Assembly (NCBI GenBank): GCA_977017645.1
Contig: OZ360236.1
Location: forward strand, 18,600,001-18,664,000
Length of the DNA stretch: 64,000 bases
Direction of reading: 5' to 3'
Origin: Torpedo marmorata
Lineage: Eukaryota
Positions within the stretch are counted from its first letter, which is position 1. Each line of letters starts with the position of its first letter. A program made the translations under genes and the position numbers. Below are positions 62,181-64,000 of this stretch, piece by piece. A model generated the notes under the pieces. That model was given only the letters and a program-made list of their open reading frames with translations. It did not search any database and had not been told where the DNA came from.

Positions 62181-63060
62181 ACCCTAAATACTTTGAGGTG
62201 ATGAACACACTCCATTAGTACAACCCTTCTAATCCCCTTTTCCCTCACCATCTCCCTGCCACAGTTCCGTGCTGTGTCCAGTTATTTTCAGTTAAGAAAA
62301 TGCGTAAAAGCAAAATAAACTGTGAAGGGCATGAAACAGTACAAGAATATTTGGCATCCATAAGGCCGTGTGTCATGGATTATTTTGGAGCACTTCAATG
62401 GAACCAGTGTAAAGGCTCTAAACCTGAAACTTTTGCCTGACAAGACATGAATAATGAGATTCATGGCTTCTTCAGAAAGGGATGAAGAGGTATGTGAAGA
62501 ATTTCTGTTACCAACATTCGTTTCCAAGTGGCTGCTGGAGCAAGAAGCTGACTTAGCGCTGATAGCTTGGAAGCTTTCAAGACATGGGAAACCGGAGGGG
62601 CCATTCACAGATGGGTTATGGGTCACTGCTGAACTGTATGCTCTGACCTGCAGTGTCAGGCAGCTCATCTTAGTGTTTACAAAGGAAGGCTACAAAGGAT
62701 TGAGTGGTGTTAAGCAACATTACCCAGTTGCCCTGGCGAGTGTATTGGACCAAAATGTTCTGAAGTTTTGATGCCTGAGAAGCTCCAGTGAAAACAACTA
62801 AAACTGTATCTGATTATTTTAGATGGCAGGCCCTGATACATGTTTTCCAGGACAAGTTACTATATGTTTCCTGGAGTGAAGCTTTATAAGCAGGTTGCAT
62901 TTAACTAAATCAGTTATATTTTCTTTGTCATGTACCTTCTATCTGCTCAGTCTGGACAATTCTGGATTCCAAGCGTCACTTCTGATGCAAGAGAGTTATG
63001 TCTAACTACATTAAAACACAATGTGAACTACATAAACACCCAAGAGGACAAACTATCTCC

Positions 63061-63881
63061 TCAAGATTCAATTCATTGTCATGCAATAAAACAGTGTCAT
63101 ATTACACAAAATTGCTTTTGCCTGCTGTAAGGCAGACAGATTCGCCATCGGCAAAAATTGCCTGAAGCGCCTCTTACAGTCAGAGAAAGAGAAGCAAAAG
63201 AGAGTCCCCCCAGAGTCACCCAGTGTCTGTAGATTCGCCTCCGCAGCCACACAGAGTCCAGTCCAAACCATTGGCAACCCGAGCTCCAGATCCGAACCTC
63301 CAACACGGACAGGAACCCTTCAGCGCCTTCGGGACTCCCTCGCATCCCGGTTCTGTTACCTGGTACCCCTTCAGCCAGGTCGAGCCAGTCTCCAGCAGTC
63401 CGCAGCCCGACGCGAGTCTCCCGACAGCAGTCTCCAGCAACCCACAGCCTCCGCGGGTTCCTCGCCTCGAGTCGCCAGCAGCCCGCCGCATGCATTGGTC
63501 TTTAAGCCGCAGAGCCCCCTCACTGGTCTGCCGCCGTTATCACCATCCTGTGGGTCGTCTCCTCTGCTTCTCCTTCTCAGACAGGGGATGGTCTCCCTGT
63601 TTTCTGGTGCCCTGCGCCAGTCCTCCGCTCCCCTGGAGTCTGCAATCCCTCGTGGCTGCTGCCGATCAGAGGCGTTGCCATCTTGGGCGCAGACCCCGTG
63701 GTCACGGGATTTTAACTAAAACTACCGTCGGCTCCTTTAACGGGCCGTTCAAAGCCCATGCGGAGCTGACGGCAGTTGACTGGGCGGTTGGACCCCGCGG
63801 GAGCGCTGTATCTCCACTCCCCGCGGGTCTGCACCAGCGGCAGCACTGCCATTACAGTGGCTCCGGCAGTGCCGCCATCTT
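63061..63881 (-). mobile_element. Near full-length GC-rich non-autonomous retroposon
   Basis: Collinear with 19372-20225; sense 5' end AAGATGGCGGC. Confidence 0.92.
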
Positions 63882-64000
63882 ACATCAGTCCCTTCCTCCT
63901 TTCGCAGGGGAAGAATTGTACTATCCAGGCAAACAAAATACGACATTGGTGGAATCGAAGTCGGTCCAAGCGAATGTGAAAGATTATTTTTTTATTTGCT

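Noticed and set aside
62454-62771. 105-aa plus-strand ORF (also 54867-55139)
   Set aside because: No recognisable homology or splice context; antisense within an EYA2 intron.
43024-64000. Upstream EYA2 exon encoding RVFVWDLDET
   Set aside because: No matching sequence found by eye; probably beyond the window.

Overview
Eukaryotic, vertebrate DNA. The repeat content (V-domain/HE1-type tRNA SINEs, CR1, Rex1/Babar and Neptune-type Penelope elements) suggests a cartilaginous fish, probably a ray; that assignment is inference. The only well-supported host gene is the 3' half of EYA2 (eyes absent 2, HAD-family tyrosine phosphatase) on the minus strand. Seven phase-compatible coding exons (43023-42934, 17334-17276, 17159-16999, 16491-16377, 12995-12874, 12459-12359, 3286-3206) splice into 242 codons ending ...[26 protein letters not shown]. 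One intron needs a GC-AG donor. The WDLDET exon was not found and probably lies beyond 64000. The rest is intron or UTR, dense with nested mobile elements, and almost all ORFs in the supplied track are TE remnants or shadow ORFs. Most unusual items: (1) a GC-rich ~870-bp non-coding retroposon family and a 5S-rRNA-derived SINE that share a 3' module resembling a Rex1/Babar tail; (2) many short Penelope-terminal units with minimal hammerhead-like motifs, several palindromic and with their own TSDs; (3) a hAT MITE whose arms are built from inverted SINE tails; (4) a ~540-bp local templated duplication flanked by a 48-bp direct repeat; (5) a bipartite RTE-derived element. All calls were made by eye with no database search. 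Coordinates tied to splice sites or TSDs were counted; other repeat boundaries are approximate.
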